A DNA stretch of 64,000 nucleotides from Macrostomum lignano (Eukaryota), in NCBI GenBank assembly GCA_002269645.1, contig NIVC01000217.1, positions 310,001-374,000 on the forward strand, written 5' to 3'. The notes beneath the pieces were generated by a model. That model searched no databases. It was not told the origin of the DNA and worked only from the letters and a program-made list of their open reading frames with translations. The position numbers were made by a program, and so were the translations under genes. Each line of letters starts with the position of its first letter. Position 1 is the stretch's first letter. Positions 51,504 through 64,000 of the stretch are shown here, piece after piece.

Positions 51504-52639
51504 TTTATTTGTAATAAAACTCTGCAAAACCGGATGCAGGCTAATTTTGCGACAAGCAAATACGGCGACCAGTCTTTTATGTAGCTAAAGGTAAAGCAAA
51601 TTACATTTGGATGTAAGGTTTTCTAAAAATGATCGTGAAAGTTTCATTCTCGGCCAAAATTTCGCTTTGCATGTCCTAATTCTTTAAGCATAAGAAGTGC
51701 AAAGGAAGTGCATTGCTCATGTATATATAATAATGCTCATGACCTTAGATAGAAAAAATGCGTTCGATCGAAATATCGCGGATATCACACGGACCTTCGA
51801 GAATGAACGAACATTTCTAAGAAAGCACAATTTAATCAAGCAAATGATAAATACGAGCGTAATGGATAAAACAGGCTCAATTAAAAGGGAAAGTTAATTA
51901 TTTATATTGACTATAATAGCTTGTACCAAATCGTACTGGAAAAAATTAATAAAACTATACACAACTTGGTCAGCGCCCTCCGTACACATATATATGTCTT
52001 GAGTGCTGTATACGCATGTCTGAATTGTATGCAGGAATAAAAAAATTACTACGGGTCGTAGCATTATGAAGGTACTACAGAGCTTCAAAAATATTTATAC
52101 ACCTTGCAGAACCTTGAATTTTGAATCCTTGCTGTGCAAACTGTCAAATGAAATGACAGCAATACCTTGGAGGGGAGAATCTCGACTGAAAACTTTCATC
52201 TTGAAGTTGGCGAGAGAACCTCGTTGCATGCGAGGAAACTTCCAGCAGGAAGCTGTTCTACTGGAATGTTATGCTAGTTTTTTTAAATCTTCCAACAAAA
52301 CCTTTTTTGTTTGTATGAACGTTTAATGAGTCTTTTTTTAAAAGATACTATCTACACACGGTTTGATGATGGACGCAAATTTTTGTTCTGTTACAAGTGA
52401 GCGGAAAAAAACAACATGCTTTTAGAAAGCTTTTCCAAGTGAGTAACTAAAGTTGCTTTAGCCAGACACTATTAGCTGGATATTTTTCGTTTGGCTTTCA
52501 TTTTAAAGAATTTTTCTTCATGCATGTAGCCTTTTAAAGTTTCCTCAACGATCCCAAAAATCTAAAATTAAAAAATAGCATCGAAACTTCAGTCTGATTC
52601 TTTTGCTGTTACACAACAAAATAAGTTGTCAGGCATTTA

Positions 52640-53059
52640 AGTCGTGAGAGGCAAGACAGCGTCACACGGCGGGTTTAGTACCTGGGCGCGAAGGTAAGCC
52701 GCACCGCCGGCAGTGTCTGCATGGGCACCAGCATCAGCCAGCAGGCAGTCGATAAAACGCCGAGTGCTGGTAGGGTGCCTGCAGCGTCAGCAGTAGCACC
52801 ACCTGCACCGGTTGCAGCCCGTAGGGCTCTGCTCCGATGATATGGCTTGCCAGCTGGAGTCGCCGACTGCGCAACAGTTCGCTAAAACGGGACAGGCAGA
52901 TGTATTGGTGACGTGCTCGTAGCCGATCTTGAAGGTGCCATGCAGCAGGCCAGCGTGCATCGCATCGACCTGCTGTTCAAGTGAAGTGAATCTGTCAGCG
53001 TCCAGGTCTCGGTGTTGTACAACAGGACGGTCTCAAGCACCGCCTGGAACAGCGCCGCC
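52640..53059 (-). mobile_element. 5'-truncated copy of a related RTE-like LINE
   Basis: Reverse complement GCGGCGCTGTTCCAGGCGGTG...GAGACCTGGACGCTGACAGA matches about 31753-31820 and continues to DCLLADAG. Confidence 0.85.
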
Positions 53060-53085
53060 TAGAACAGCGTAACATTGTACGATAT

Positions 53086-53794
53086 TGTCATGAATGTGTT
53101 ATTGTGACTTGAGTGCAGTATTCTACGCCGGGCCAGTCTGGCCGGCCTCTCCCAGTCCTCAGATATTTTCTGACTCACCCAGCTTCACTTCTGCGCGTGC
53201 GTACCCCCCCCCAACCCCCTCTCTGCGTAGAGCCTTGTCTGTTTATTCAACCTCCCATTCTTTGCGTGCGACCCCGGCCCATTCTTTTGTAAGCCTGGCT
53301 GCCCCGCCCCTGTAGTTTGTGATTGGCTGCCAGTCCCAGTCTGCCGTGCTGCGCCCCGGCGATTGGCTGGTACGTCTCATGTTTGTCCCATGCTAAGCCC
53401 CATAAGGCCGCCTTAATCCCGCGCCCTCAACCCTCGTTTGCTGCCTATTTATTCGGACCCCCGTGAGACCCAACCCGTCGTCTTCGTGGCTCCCCGGTGA
53501 TTTGTGCCAGCGTTGGTTGCTATTACACTAAATTGTCCTTAATTGTTCTAATTTTTCTAAATAAATAGAAATACAAATAAAGAATACTAAGAAGACTCCC
53601 ACTGCTCTGTCGGCGCTGTTTCCGGGTTGAACGACTGAAATCGCGGCTGGTAAGCCTTCAACTCTGCTAGTCATTTGGGTCTGTATCTGTACTAGGCACA
53701 TCAAGTGCGTCGTACGCCGGTCCCACAACAAGCAGCTCTGCGTCGTACGCTCGAGCAGCCTGGTACCGTCGGACACCGCGTCGTACGCGTGTCA
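53086..53794 (+). mobile_element. Candidate LTR followed by PBS-like sequence
   Basis: TGTCATG...GTGTCA, then TGGAGGACC at 53796. No TSD or partner LTR found. Confidence 0.35.
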
Positions 53795-55896
53795 GTGGAG
53801 GACCGCAGCCAGGGTCAGTGCGCGAACCCGGGTCTGGAAAGGGGCACGAAGGGACCGAGCCCTTGAGCCCATCACCACAATATCCGCTCCCTGGGATTGG
53901 GAGGGACTATAGTTCGGAAAGCAAGATTCTCAGTAGTGCATTTGCATATGACACTACCTAAATGGTTCACTGGGAGCTGATAATTCTCCACTCACTTCTG
54001 AGAATGACTGAAGCCTTCATTGCACTGGATAATAAAGTTTACAGAAAAAAATTTACGGTTTTTGGTGCAACTCTTCTATGATGAGTGTATTGCAACTCTT
54101 CAATATTTTCATTAACATGCAAGTATATATATGCTCGCAATGGCGTATTCATGCAGCATGCCAGTGAAGTATGAAACAGATCAGGCCCAAGAGCTAAGGT
54201 CTGCGATGCTTCACACCTGCCCCCCATTTTTAACAGGTACATGATAAAAGCCCAGTGGGAGGGTCTGTACCCTCTATTTGCCTCTGGCAGCCGCAGAACC
54301 CCCCCCCCCCACGCTGCCTCGCAAGTCGACCCAGGGGTACCCATCCCCGCGAGTCTTCAAGGCAGACCCTTGGGCTGCTAGACAGACTGGGCTCCGACGC
54401 TGGCTACCTATTCAGAGACTTTTGCCGAACTTGGGAATCGGGTCTAGCTGACTCGCCAGACCGCAGGCCGTGGTACTGCTCAACGTACTCTCTAATGCCG
54501 ATGGGCTGGAAGGAGATGTCCGGTCGCTAGCCAGCCTGGTATCGGGCCAGCCTTAAGAGGGTTTTTTGGCCAGGTGGGTCGGGTGGGTACGGCACCCATT
54601 TGAGGGTAGCCAACCAACCTTTATCATGGCCTTCGAGCCGACTATGGATAAGCAAACTATGGGACGGGACCCTTAGCTGCTGGCGAAACTGTGGGACCTC
54701 CCTGGGCGGCGCCAACCCATCGTCCATAGCAACGCGTCGGCCGTTCAGGGATTAGCGATATGGGCGTTCGCACCTTCCCGCTGTCTCTCCGGGACAGCCC
54801 TGCAGCTCAGTCAGTTCAGCCAAGGCAAGTACAGATAATCATGTGTCTGTAACAATTCACACAAAGAGACTGAATGATGACTGCCTACCAAATTCCTGCT
54901 GTTCTCTACTCTTAAGCTATCTGTGTTTGAGCAGTGTAGTCTAGCTGAGTGGCTGAGCACTGCGTGTTCGAAATACCCCTCTAATATTCCTTAAGTATAA
55001 GCTTACATTTTGTAGTACTGCAGCAGAGTTTGGTACCATGCCACCTTTTAGGTCCTACTCCTCGACTGGTAAATACGACATATGATTCAGTCAAACAGTC
55101 TATATTCCTGTGATACGGTCACAGTGACCGCGAACTTAAAATTACCGTATAAGCTCACATTATGTCGCAGAAATACTGCAGAGTCCCTTTATACTAGCCC
55201 CTATAGTTAGGTTTATCGAGAAATGTTATTTCTAGGAATATCAACTTGCTCTCAGTTGCGCTGTGAGCTCGCACAACGATGCGTTCTGCCTTCGCGTCTG
55301 AGTCTTCATCCACTATACTATTACGCGTTTAATAGTAAAATCCGAGGTCCCTGGAGTCAATAAGAGAGTCTCAGAAGCATCACATGAGAGTCAGAGAATT
55401 GTCTAATAATATTAAAACAAGTCAGGCTTTGGGCCAGCAGAGAGAAGAAAGCTATAGGAAACATAGAGATGAAAGAAGAGAGAAGAGGGGAGAGGCAAGT
55501 TTGGAGAGATTATGTGAGATAGAATGATCAGTTTAGGAAGAAAGGAAAGACGAGAGATGAGATAAGAGAAAATAAATAAGATGAAAGACGACAGGAGAGA
55601 AGTTAAATTTGCCGATATTTCCAAATATTGTATAGATTCGGTAACGCAAGGGAGGAGAAATCGATAGAGAAGGAGAGGAATAAATATAAGCGCATATAAC
55701 GCACTACGCGAGGGGAGTGCATGTACAGTATGATGAGTCAGAGACTATAAAAAACCGATTGGTGGCTAAGTAGAGTACTATAAAGATGATGTGTGAGATA
55801 GAATTATCAGTTAATAAGAGAGAAAAGAGAGAGGGGAGATTCATGTACGAGCGTAAGATGAGATAATAAGAAGAAAGACGAAAGGAGCGAAAAGAT

Positions 55897-55997
<101 letters not shown>

Positions 55998-56667
55998 AGA
56001 GATCGAGTAGTGTGAGTGAGAAGGTGTAATCCAGTGGCTAACCTGCAATCGACTTAAAATGACTTAGCCAAAGGATGCTATGCGCATAAGAGAGATATAT
56101 AGAACTGAGAAATATATATAAAGTGAGCTCTGGCTAGAGCTTGAGCGTTAAAACATATTTTGGCGCTTGTCAGCATAATAATACAATAAACAACTGTTTA
56201 GTCTCTGTCATATCCAACGAAAGGATCAGTAAGTGTTATATAATAAAAAATCGTGTTGACAGCATTACTGTCTTAGTCTCTTATTCTCTTATTTAATTCG
56301 TCAGCTACTAATCTCTGTAAAAATTATGATTGCAGAACTTTTGTCTTTTGTGTACGGAGCAATTATTTACTTGGTTATAATGTTGTATCTGTAGTAAACA
56401 AAAAAATGGCTCAAACTTAAACTTATACGGTAATAATATTTGTAAGAAATTGCATGTTTTTTACGAGAATTGAAAATATAACTAATCAAAACCGAGTTCG
56501 AAAAGTTCGTATCTTTAAAAACTGAGTGAAAAGTAGAGGTCATTTCTAAAGCTGTCGAGTCCCTCGACAAATGAGCTGCGATTTCAGTTGCATGTAGCTC
56601 ACAAGATTGGTCTTGTATTTCTTGATAAGAACAACTAAACAACGTCAACATCTAACTTAATCGAAAA

Positions 56668-56764
56668 ATGTTTGAAAAACTTGTTGTTGATTTGATCAAT
56701 AGGGCACTTGGTGATTATGTCGAAAACCTAGATGCATCTCAACTGAATCTGTCAATCTGGAGAG
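56668..56764 (+). CDS. vps13: VPS13-family lipid transfer protein, first coding exon (chorein N-terminus); the gene continues beyond
   Basis: MFEKLVVDLINRALGDYVENLDASQLNLSIWRG, then a phase-1 donor GTAAG. This is the characteristic VPS13A/C N-terminus; no exon 2 was recognised in the window. Confidence 0.9.
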
Positions 56765-57235
56765 GTAAGACTTATAAGTTCTACCAACAAATCATATCAT
56801 TTGCTTGGCAAACTGTCTGGTTGTTCAATGACAATATTCACTGGTCAGGATAATTAATTTAATTTATTTTATATATTACAAAGCCTTATACCATTAAATA
56901 TGCAATATATATATGCAGCTAAATATGCAGTGATAGAAATACATTAATTGTAAATAGGCTTATAATACTGGTAGAACCGCACACTTGATAATGAGAAGTA
57001 AAAGAAAGGAGATTGCGAGCATTTTCATTAGAATGACATGTTTTGCCTAACTTTAGGCATCATCGGGCAGATTGGAGTTTATTTAATTTAAGTCAAAACG
57101 TAGAGTATAAATACATTTTAGTGGCAGATAGTCAATGATGCACAAAATTGTAATAACAAAACATGGGGGGAGTCAACAGATCAAAACTGAGATAGACAGA
57201 AAGAGAGAGAGAGAGAGCCGGGTAGTGGGTGTACG

Positions 57236-57998
57236 TTAGAACACTCTCAGGAGAGCACCGGCCCCAGAATAACCCAACTGTTTATTTAAAGTTGGTTGCC
57301 TGTTTTTAATGTACATAGCTTCAATAATCTTAAGGCGATGATCGATATTGCAACTGTGTATGATGGTAAACCCATCCTTTTGTTCACTGTTGGCGCATTC
57401 ACTACAGGCCATAAGAGGTGTAGGACCAAGACTGCCACACACCAAGACTGCCATACTTGGGAGAGCTAGGCTAGGAGGGAGGAATTTGGCTTGCCATGTT
57501 ATTGGATGGTGCTAAGATGGGGAGAGCCAGCAAGACAAAGCCACAGAGAGGAACTGGTGAGCAGGCCAGCCTGGCTAGGTAGGTGAGTGAGCCAGGCTCC
57601 TTGTTTTTTTCATTTAATTTGAATTGTTAAAATTGCCCTGGTTGACTTGAAATCATTTTGGGCCACTTATTTATCTTATTAGTGACCAATCTTGGGACAC
57701 TTCTTCCTCATCTAACTCCACAACCCATCATAACCAATAGCAATGCTAGAAGATTGGTAACTTCCCCTCAATTCCAATAGTCAGTAAGAGCTGTGGCGGT
57801 CTTGGTATATGGCGGTCTTGGTCATGCGCCCCATAAGATGGTCTTGCACTACTGATGGCTTTAACCAGTGTTCTCTGCCCCTAACATACAAGTGCTGTTT
57901 TGATTTACCTAGGTAGGTAACTCTCTGATCAACAGAGCACTGGAATTGGTAGACAACACCTGCATGTAGTTGCAGAGGCACTCTTGTAAAGCTTGTAA
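57236..57998 (-). mobile_element. Penelope-like element GIY-YIG endonuclease fragment
   Basis: VVYQFQC..YLGKSKQHLYVRGREH...DHLM|ACSEC..FTII..LKIIEAMYIKNRQPTLNKQ, split by a MITE. Confidence 0.85.
57417..57830. mobile_element. MITE (414 bp) inserted in the Penelope fragment
   Basis: About 38-bp imperfect TIRs GG(T/C)G(T/C)A.GACCAAGAC.GCCA.A.ACCAAGAC.GCCA and 8-bp TSD CCATAAGA (57409-57416 and 57831-57838). Confidence 0.85.
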
Positions 57999-58689
57999 GC
58001 CTAGTTGGTACTACAAGCTTTCAATTTAATCATAGGATGTAAATCAAACTCGAGAGACTAAAAATTTTCTGTCTATGCTCGATATGTGTTGGCATTGCAG
58101 AGTTCAATTTAATCCTGGGGGTATCAATTTGATCATTCTATGTTTTCAATACACATTTTCATTGTGTACTTGTTTTTCAATTGGCTTGTTTTAAGAGCAA
58201 TTTGGATGAGCTACTTGAGTAGGATGGCAGTGAGTGAAATTTTGGAGCTGTAAATAACAATATCAACTATGCAAATTATGACATTGACCATCCAGCACAA
58301 GTGCACCGCAGGTCAGTACAACCCATAGTCAGGAAGGTGTCTAGTGTATGCAGGAACTAATTCTGGGCAAAATTAAGCCTGTATGCCAATGTACGCCAAT
58401 TTTTTTAGCTTCATTTCGAACATTACACTGTACGCTGAAGTCCTTTTTCCGTATCATTTTTCCATACTTCGGCATGTAGTGACATATTCACCCTCAAAGC
58501 GCACAAGTTTTTGTATTTAAAAAAAATCATGCATAAGTTTTATTTGAATGTATATGTTTTTGAAATTGGATTTTATGAAAGAATGGACTACTTTATTGCA
58601 TGAGACAATTTGAAAAAAATTGAAAACAGAAACAAATAAAACAATTCTTTTTTCACAAAAGTGCAAAATAACAATCTTTAGAAATAGTT

Positions 58690-59760
58690 TTCCACTAGCA
58701 ATCTACGCCCCCCGTTGGGGAGCCAAAGAAATGCAATACACATTTTTTTAATAAGCTACATGTATCCTTGAAATCCTTAAAAATATCCTGTCAAACCTTG
58801 TAAGCCTTGACATGTCAGTAATCCCCCCCACAAGCTTTAACATATCAACTTCCCCCCCCCCTTGACATCTCAGCAATGCCCCAATAAGCCTTGGAAATAT
58901 AAAAATATCTGTCAACCTTCTAACCCTAACGCTAGCCTAACCCTAACCCTATAGCCTAACCCTAACCCTAACCCTAACCCTAAACCAACCCTAAAGCATT
59001 GAAATTTCAGTAATTCTCTCTAAGAGTCATCATAGCACTACTACAGCATTATAGCGATTATAAAATGAATATCTTAACTTCGACATGAAGCTTCTTTTAT
59101 TTTTTACATTATGCTTTTTTTATCAGCAATCCCTCCCCTGAGGAGGCATCAAATAATTTAATAAAAAGTTTTCAATAAACTACATGTAGCTTCTGGCTTT
59201 AGCCTTGAAATCTTATTTATACCCCCGTGAGCCTTGACATCTCAGCTATTCCCCCCGTAAGCCTTGACATGTCAGCAATGGCCCCCATAAACCTTGAAAT
59301 CTAAAAAATCCCCTGTTAACCTTGAAACCCGATAAAATATAACCCTCAACCCACACCTGACCTAAACCTAACTTTAACCCAACCTAAAGCCTTGAAATCT
59401 CAGCAATTCTTCTCCCCTAAGCCTTGACATTTTAGTGATTCCTTCTTTAAGAATCACAGCACTATAACGATTTCCACCAAGCTTTGACATCGTTGCAATT
59501 CCCAAATAAATCTTTTAACTTTGACATGACTTTTATTTTATGTATACATAGTGCTACTTTTATTTTTTACATGACTCTTCTTCTATCAGCAACCCCCCCC
59601 CGTGGCGAGCCAACAAAGAATGCAATAAAAAAATTGAGTAAAGTACATGAACTTTGAAGTAGCTTCTGACTTTTGCTTTGACATCTCAGAAACCCCCCCG
59701 TAATCTTAGTTATTCTCTGAGAGCCTTTACGTCTCAGTTTTTCTCCCCAGCACAGCATTA
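58690..59760. repeat. Composite satellite, ~430-460-bp units with telomere-like (TAACCC)n tracts
   Basis: Anchor motif at 58697, 59125 and 59588. (TAACCC)n at 58921-58995, degenerate at 59340-59390. Internal AGCCTTGACAT.TCAGC subrepeats. Confidence 0.7.
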
Positions 59761-59779
59761 TAGCTGCATTTAATTTTTA

Positions 59780-60965
59780 CATGACACCCTTCATGTCTGA
59801 CATGACGCTTCTTTTATTCTACCATGATGCTTTTTGATTTTTTAGATGACACTTTCATTAGTTTTTAAATGAGGCTCCTATGATTTTTTATGACGCTTCT
59901 ATGATTTTTACATGATGCTTCTATGATTTTTTATATGACGCTTCTATGATTGTTTATATGACGCTTCTATGCTTTTTACATGACGCTTCTATGATTTTTT
60001 ACATGACGCTTCTATGATTGTTTACATGACGCTTCTATGATTATTTCATGACGCTTCTACGATTTCTGCAGGACGCTTCAATGATTTTTACATGATGCTT
60101 CTATGATTTTTACCTGACACTTCTATGATTTTTTATATGACGCTTCTATGATTGTTTATATGACGCTTCTATGATTGTTTACATGACGCTTCTATGATTG
60201 TTTCATGACGCTTCTTTGATTGTTTACATGACGCTTCTATGATTGTTTACATGACGCTTCTATGATTGTTTATATGACGCTTCTATGATTGTTTATACGA
60301 CGCTTCTATGATTTTTACATGACGCTTCTATGCTTTTTACATGACGCTTCTATGATTATTTCATGACACTTCTACGATTTCTACAGGACGCTTCAATGAT
60401 TTTTACATGACGCTTCTATGATTTTTACATGACGCTTTGATGATTTTTTATATGACGCTTCTATGCTTTTTACATGACGCTTTTATGATTGTTTACATGA
60501 CGCTTCTATGATTGTTTATATGACGCTTCTATGATTGTTTCATGACGCTCCTATGATTTTTTCATAGAAGTCATAGAAGCGTCATGTAAACAATCATAAA
60601 AGCGTCATGTAAAAAGCATAGAAGCATAGACGCTCCTATGATTTTTTCATGACGCTTCTATGACTTTTTAGATGACGCTTCGATGATTGTTTATATGACG
60701 CTTATATGCTTCTTATATGACGCTTCTATGATTGTTTACATGACGCTTCTATGATTTTTTACATGACGCTTCTATGATTTTTTAGATGACGCTTCTATGA
60801 TTTTTTACATGACGCTTCTATGACTTTTTAGATGACGCTTCTATGATTGTTTACATGACGCTTCTAAGATTTTTTACATGACGCTTTTATGATTTTTTAC
60901 ATGACGCTTTTATGATTTTTTACATGACGCTTTTATGATTTTTTACATGACGCTTCCATGATTTT
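59780..60965. repeat. 21-23-bp minisatellite, about 50 copies
   Basis: Unit ACATGACGCTTCTATGATT(G/T)TTT, with an inverted segment at about 60562-60629. Confidence 0.95.
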
Positions 60966-62229
60966 TTAGTTTTCTTGGCGTTAAAAAGCTTTAATTAAAA
61001 AACTCCACTCTTTCAAAATTCGAACCATCGTCCCTGCATTTAGCAGTTCAGTCTGTTTACTCCAAGCATAGAGTAAATCACACGAGGCAGTTATGACATA
61101 ATCAATTTCTCAGTCAGTCAGTATCAGTTAACAATATGGTTACGCAATCTAAATCAAGTCTAGTGCTACGCTTCCACACTGCATTTTCAATACTGTGACG
61201 CAATTCAAGTCGGAGTTACAATTCAGTTATGATGCAATCTATTTCAGAATCAGAATTCAACCAGTCAGTTTTTTCTCTAGCATTCTTACAATGCATTTCA
61301 AGTCGAAAAGTTTGCTTGACCTTTGCAAAAAAGCATGTTTTTCGAATATTTAATCACTTTAAAATGGAGCAATTTCTTAGCCAAGATGCATGTACCGTCA
61401 CGGGAAAATTTCTGATCGAACAGTGCAAGTTCGAACAAAATCGGTCCAGCCATTTTTTCTCTAATCGATTGCGTACAAACAAGCAACTCATTTTTAGTAT
61501 ATAGGATTATCTGCTTACTTTTTATTATTCTTTAATTTTTTCAATGGCCATAAATCAGCAAAGACATATGATACAATGCAAATGAGATTGAATATGATTT
61601 GTAAAAAAGGTCACAGTGCTTGCTTACGTACACAGACAGTGGTTATGATGCTGCCAGTAAAATTGGTATGCCAATTTTGTTGTTCTGTTGTGTGTGTACA
61701 CAGATACGCAGATATACCAGTTTTCTAAAAATCTGTACGCCAAAACTGATTCTAATGGCCAAGTGTACGCGGGAATATTCCTGCGTACAGACACCTTCCT
61801 GACTATGTAGTAGAACAAGATTAGCAATGAGAAGTAAGGTCTGATTGTCACCACTTTATGGCGCGGCAATAGTCTGCTAAAGTTTTATTCTAGGAAAGTT
61901 TATGCTAAGGTTTATTCTAGCTTACATTGCCAAACAGCTAGTCAATCTAAAATTTTTTTGACTCAATGATATCCAGCGCTAAAGTGTTTATTTGTTTATT
62001 GTGTCATTTTGTTTTTAGTTTTTCTCAACGATAAGTAAACAATTTTTGTAAAAGCACTGGATATCTAATGTTATATGAGTAGAATGATCAAATTGATGCC
62101 CCCAGGATTAAATTAAACTGTGCTATGCCAACACATGTTGACCATCAACAAAAAAATTTCAGTCTCACAAGTCTGATTTCTGTATCTATGATTAAATTGA
62201 AAGCTTGCAGTACCAACTAGGCCGCATAA

Positions 62230-62935
62230 CCCTATTGGAATAAGTTTCAAAAACCCGCGGATGCGCAACACGGGTGCCAAAATTGTGCCCTCAAAAGTGC
62301 GACGCCACACCAAATTTGTTGACTGGGGGGCGGCAATGCAACGTCGATGTCTGATGACTGGGGGGGGGGATGCCACAGCAGCAACGTTGCAATTGACAAT
62401 TCCTGTTCTGCCATTCACTCGCGATACCGAGACCATGGGGCAAGGGACGAGAGTATTCCTTTCAATTTCGCAGAAAAAGAAATAAAATTTAAAAACAATA
62501 AACAGTAAAACAACAAAGGTACAACACTTAGAAAAACAGTGCATGCATTGTAACTAACAAGTAACATTTCTAAAAATTATATTTGAAGTATTAGTTATTT
62601 TACCTCAAAATAAAAAAGAACAATTCAAGAGCTAGTTATTATCAAACATGTTTGAAACATTTAAATACTGAGAAACAACTGTGAACACATTACAATGAAA
62701 CACAGTTTGCGAGATTTAGGCTACAGATCCAGGCTGCAACGGGACACATGACAATGCCAGCCACCAAATTGCCACACTGTCATGTTGCGCGACGCAATGC
62801 ATGATAACACCAGGTTTCCATTGTGTCGCACGACATGACACACCACTTGACACCACTGTCACGCGACGCGACACCAGGAGAATCCAAAAATGCGACAGAC
62901 AGTTGTCTGTGTTTTGTCAACTTATTCCAATAGGG
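62230..62935. mobile_element. Candidate MITE (706 bp)
   Basis: 17-bp perfect inverted repeats CCCTATTGGAATAAGTT (62230-62246 and 62919-62935). No clear TSD. Confidence 0.5.
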
Positions 62936-64000
62936 CCACAAAAAGGAATATTTTGTTAAAATGATCAACTTGATAAAACCCATAGCATTTTAACAGTATT
63001 AATCCTATTGGAATAAATATTGAAAACTTCTCTATGCTCACTTTAGAAAAAGAGTTGAAATTTTTTACTGTGCTTTAGGATTATTAGAAATCATTTTATA
63101 TTAAAATCAAAATTTGCTAACTTTCTGAAATTGTAATTGAAAAATTCTTTAAAATCAAAATTCAGAAAAACAAAGTTTGGTACAAGCTATGACCAAAACT
63201 CACCTTTTTACTCTTGATTTACTGCTTATGCAAAACAAAATACATGTATATGTAGCACAAATTAGTTTATTTTTAGCCACTCTTTTACATACTTCACTTC
63301 ACCTAGGGAAGGATATAGGTTGTACGCTTCACTCTCTGCCTCATATTATTCATGACTTACCCTCTCGCCTAAACTTGTTCACCGATTCTTGACCAATCAT
63401 GCATTGCTTCACCCCAGCCCCCAATATTAACTAATAAATATATTGAGCAAACAAAGCCACACAGAGGCCACCTTTCTCGTCACGCAAACCTAGACTTCAT
63501 ATAAACCAAGTGTAAGAATATAGCATCATATAATATCACTATAGACAATACTATTCTATACTATGAAACTCAAATTCCAACATATCAAGGCATTGAAAGT
63601 AAACGTGTTTTTTGATTTGCAATTTGTTTGATTTTATGATCTAGTAATGATTGTTATTTTAAAATATTTTCCAGTGTGAGTATAAATATGTTTTTATAAA
63701 TAAAAGCTAGTATTTAATTAATAAAACAAAATTATTCTTATAGTCTTCTTCTTAATAAATGCTATTATTGTTTGCAATTCTTTTAAAATTTAGACTTTAG
63801 ACTAAATTAGATTTAGACTTGCTACAAATATATACTCGAATTTACCATTTTCATTAAAAATGTATGATTATTTCAATTTCTAAAAGATAATAAAATGTTT
63901 CACTTTTTAACTAAGCATAAGATTAAGAACAAAATTTCGAATGTTCCTAAAGCAACACAAGTGACATAAATGTGTTTATGCATTGAATATATGCTTTCAT

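Noticed and set aside
58921-58995. Chromosome end or true telomere
   Set aside because: Short, degenerate and followed by at least 5 kb of sequence inside a VPS13 intron.

Overview
Eukaryotic, invertebrate-type genomic DNA with short GT-AG introns, GC-rich exons in AT-rich spacers and (TAACCC)n tracts. It resembles a flatworm such as Macrostomum, but that is an inference only. The main content is a tandem array of seven two-exon genes encoding signal peptide + WSC + PAN/Apple proteins. Three look intact (582-1294 +, 9493-10208 -, 40665-41386 -), four are disrupted, and one further paralogous unit has lost the gene. Among the close paralogs the WSC (glycan-binding-type) exon is highly variable and mosaic, while the C-terminal PAN core is almost invariant. 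An intronless secreted PAN + C-type-lectin gene (16841-17599) lies inside the array. The array is broken up by many mobile elements: a full-length RTE-like LINE with TSD, two head-to-tail Helitrons, an internally deleted BEL/Pao element with a nested solo LTR, a DIRS/Ngaro-like element, SINEs, and remnants of Crypton-like, Polinton-like and RNase-H-bearing elements. At 56668 the first coding exon of a VPS13 gene begins; its first intron (>7 kb) holds a Penelope fragment, MITEs and satellites. All calls were made by eye, with no database searches.
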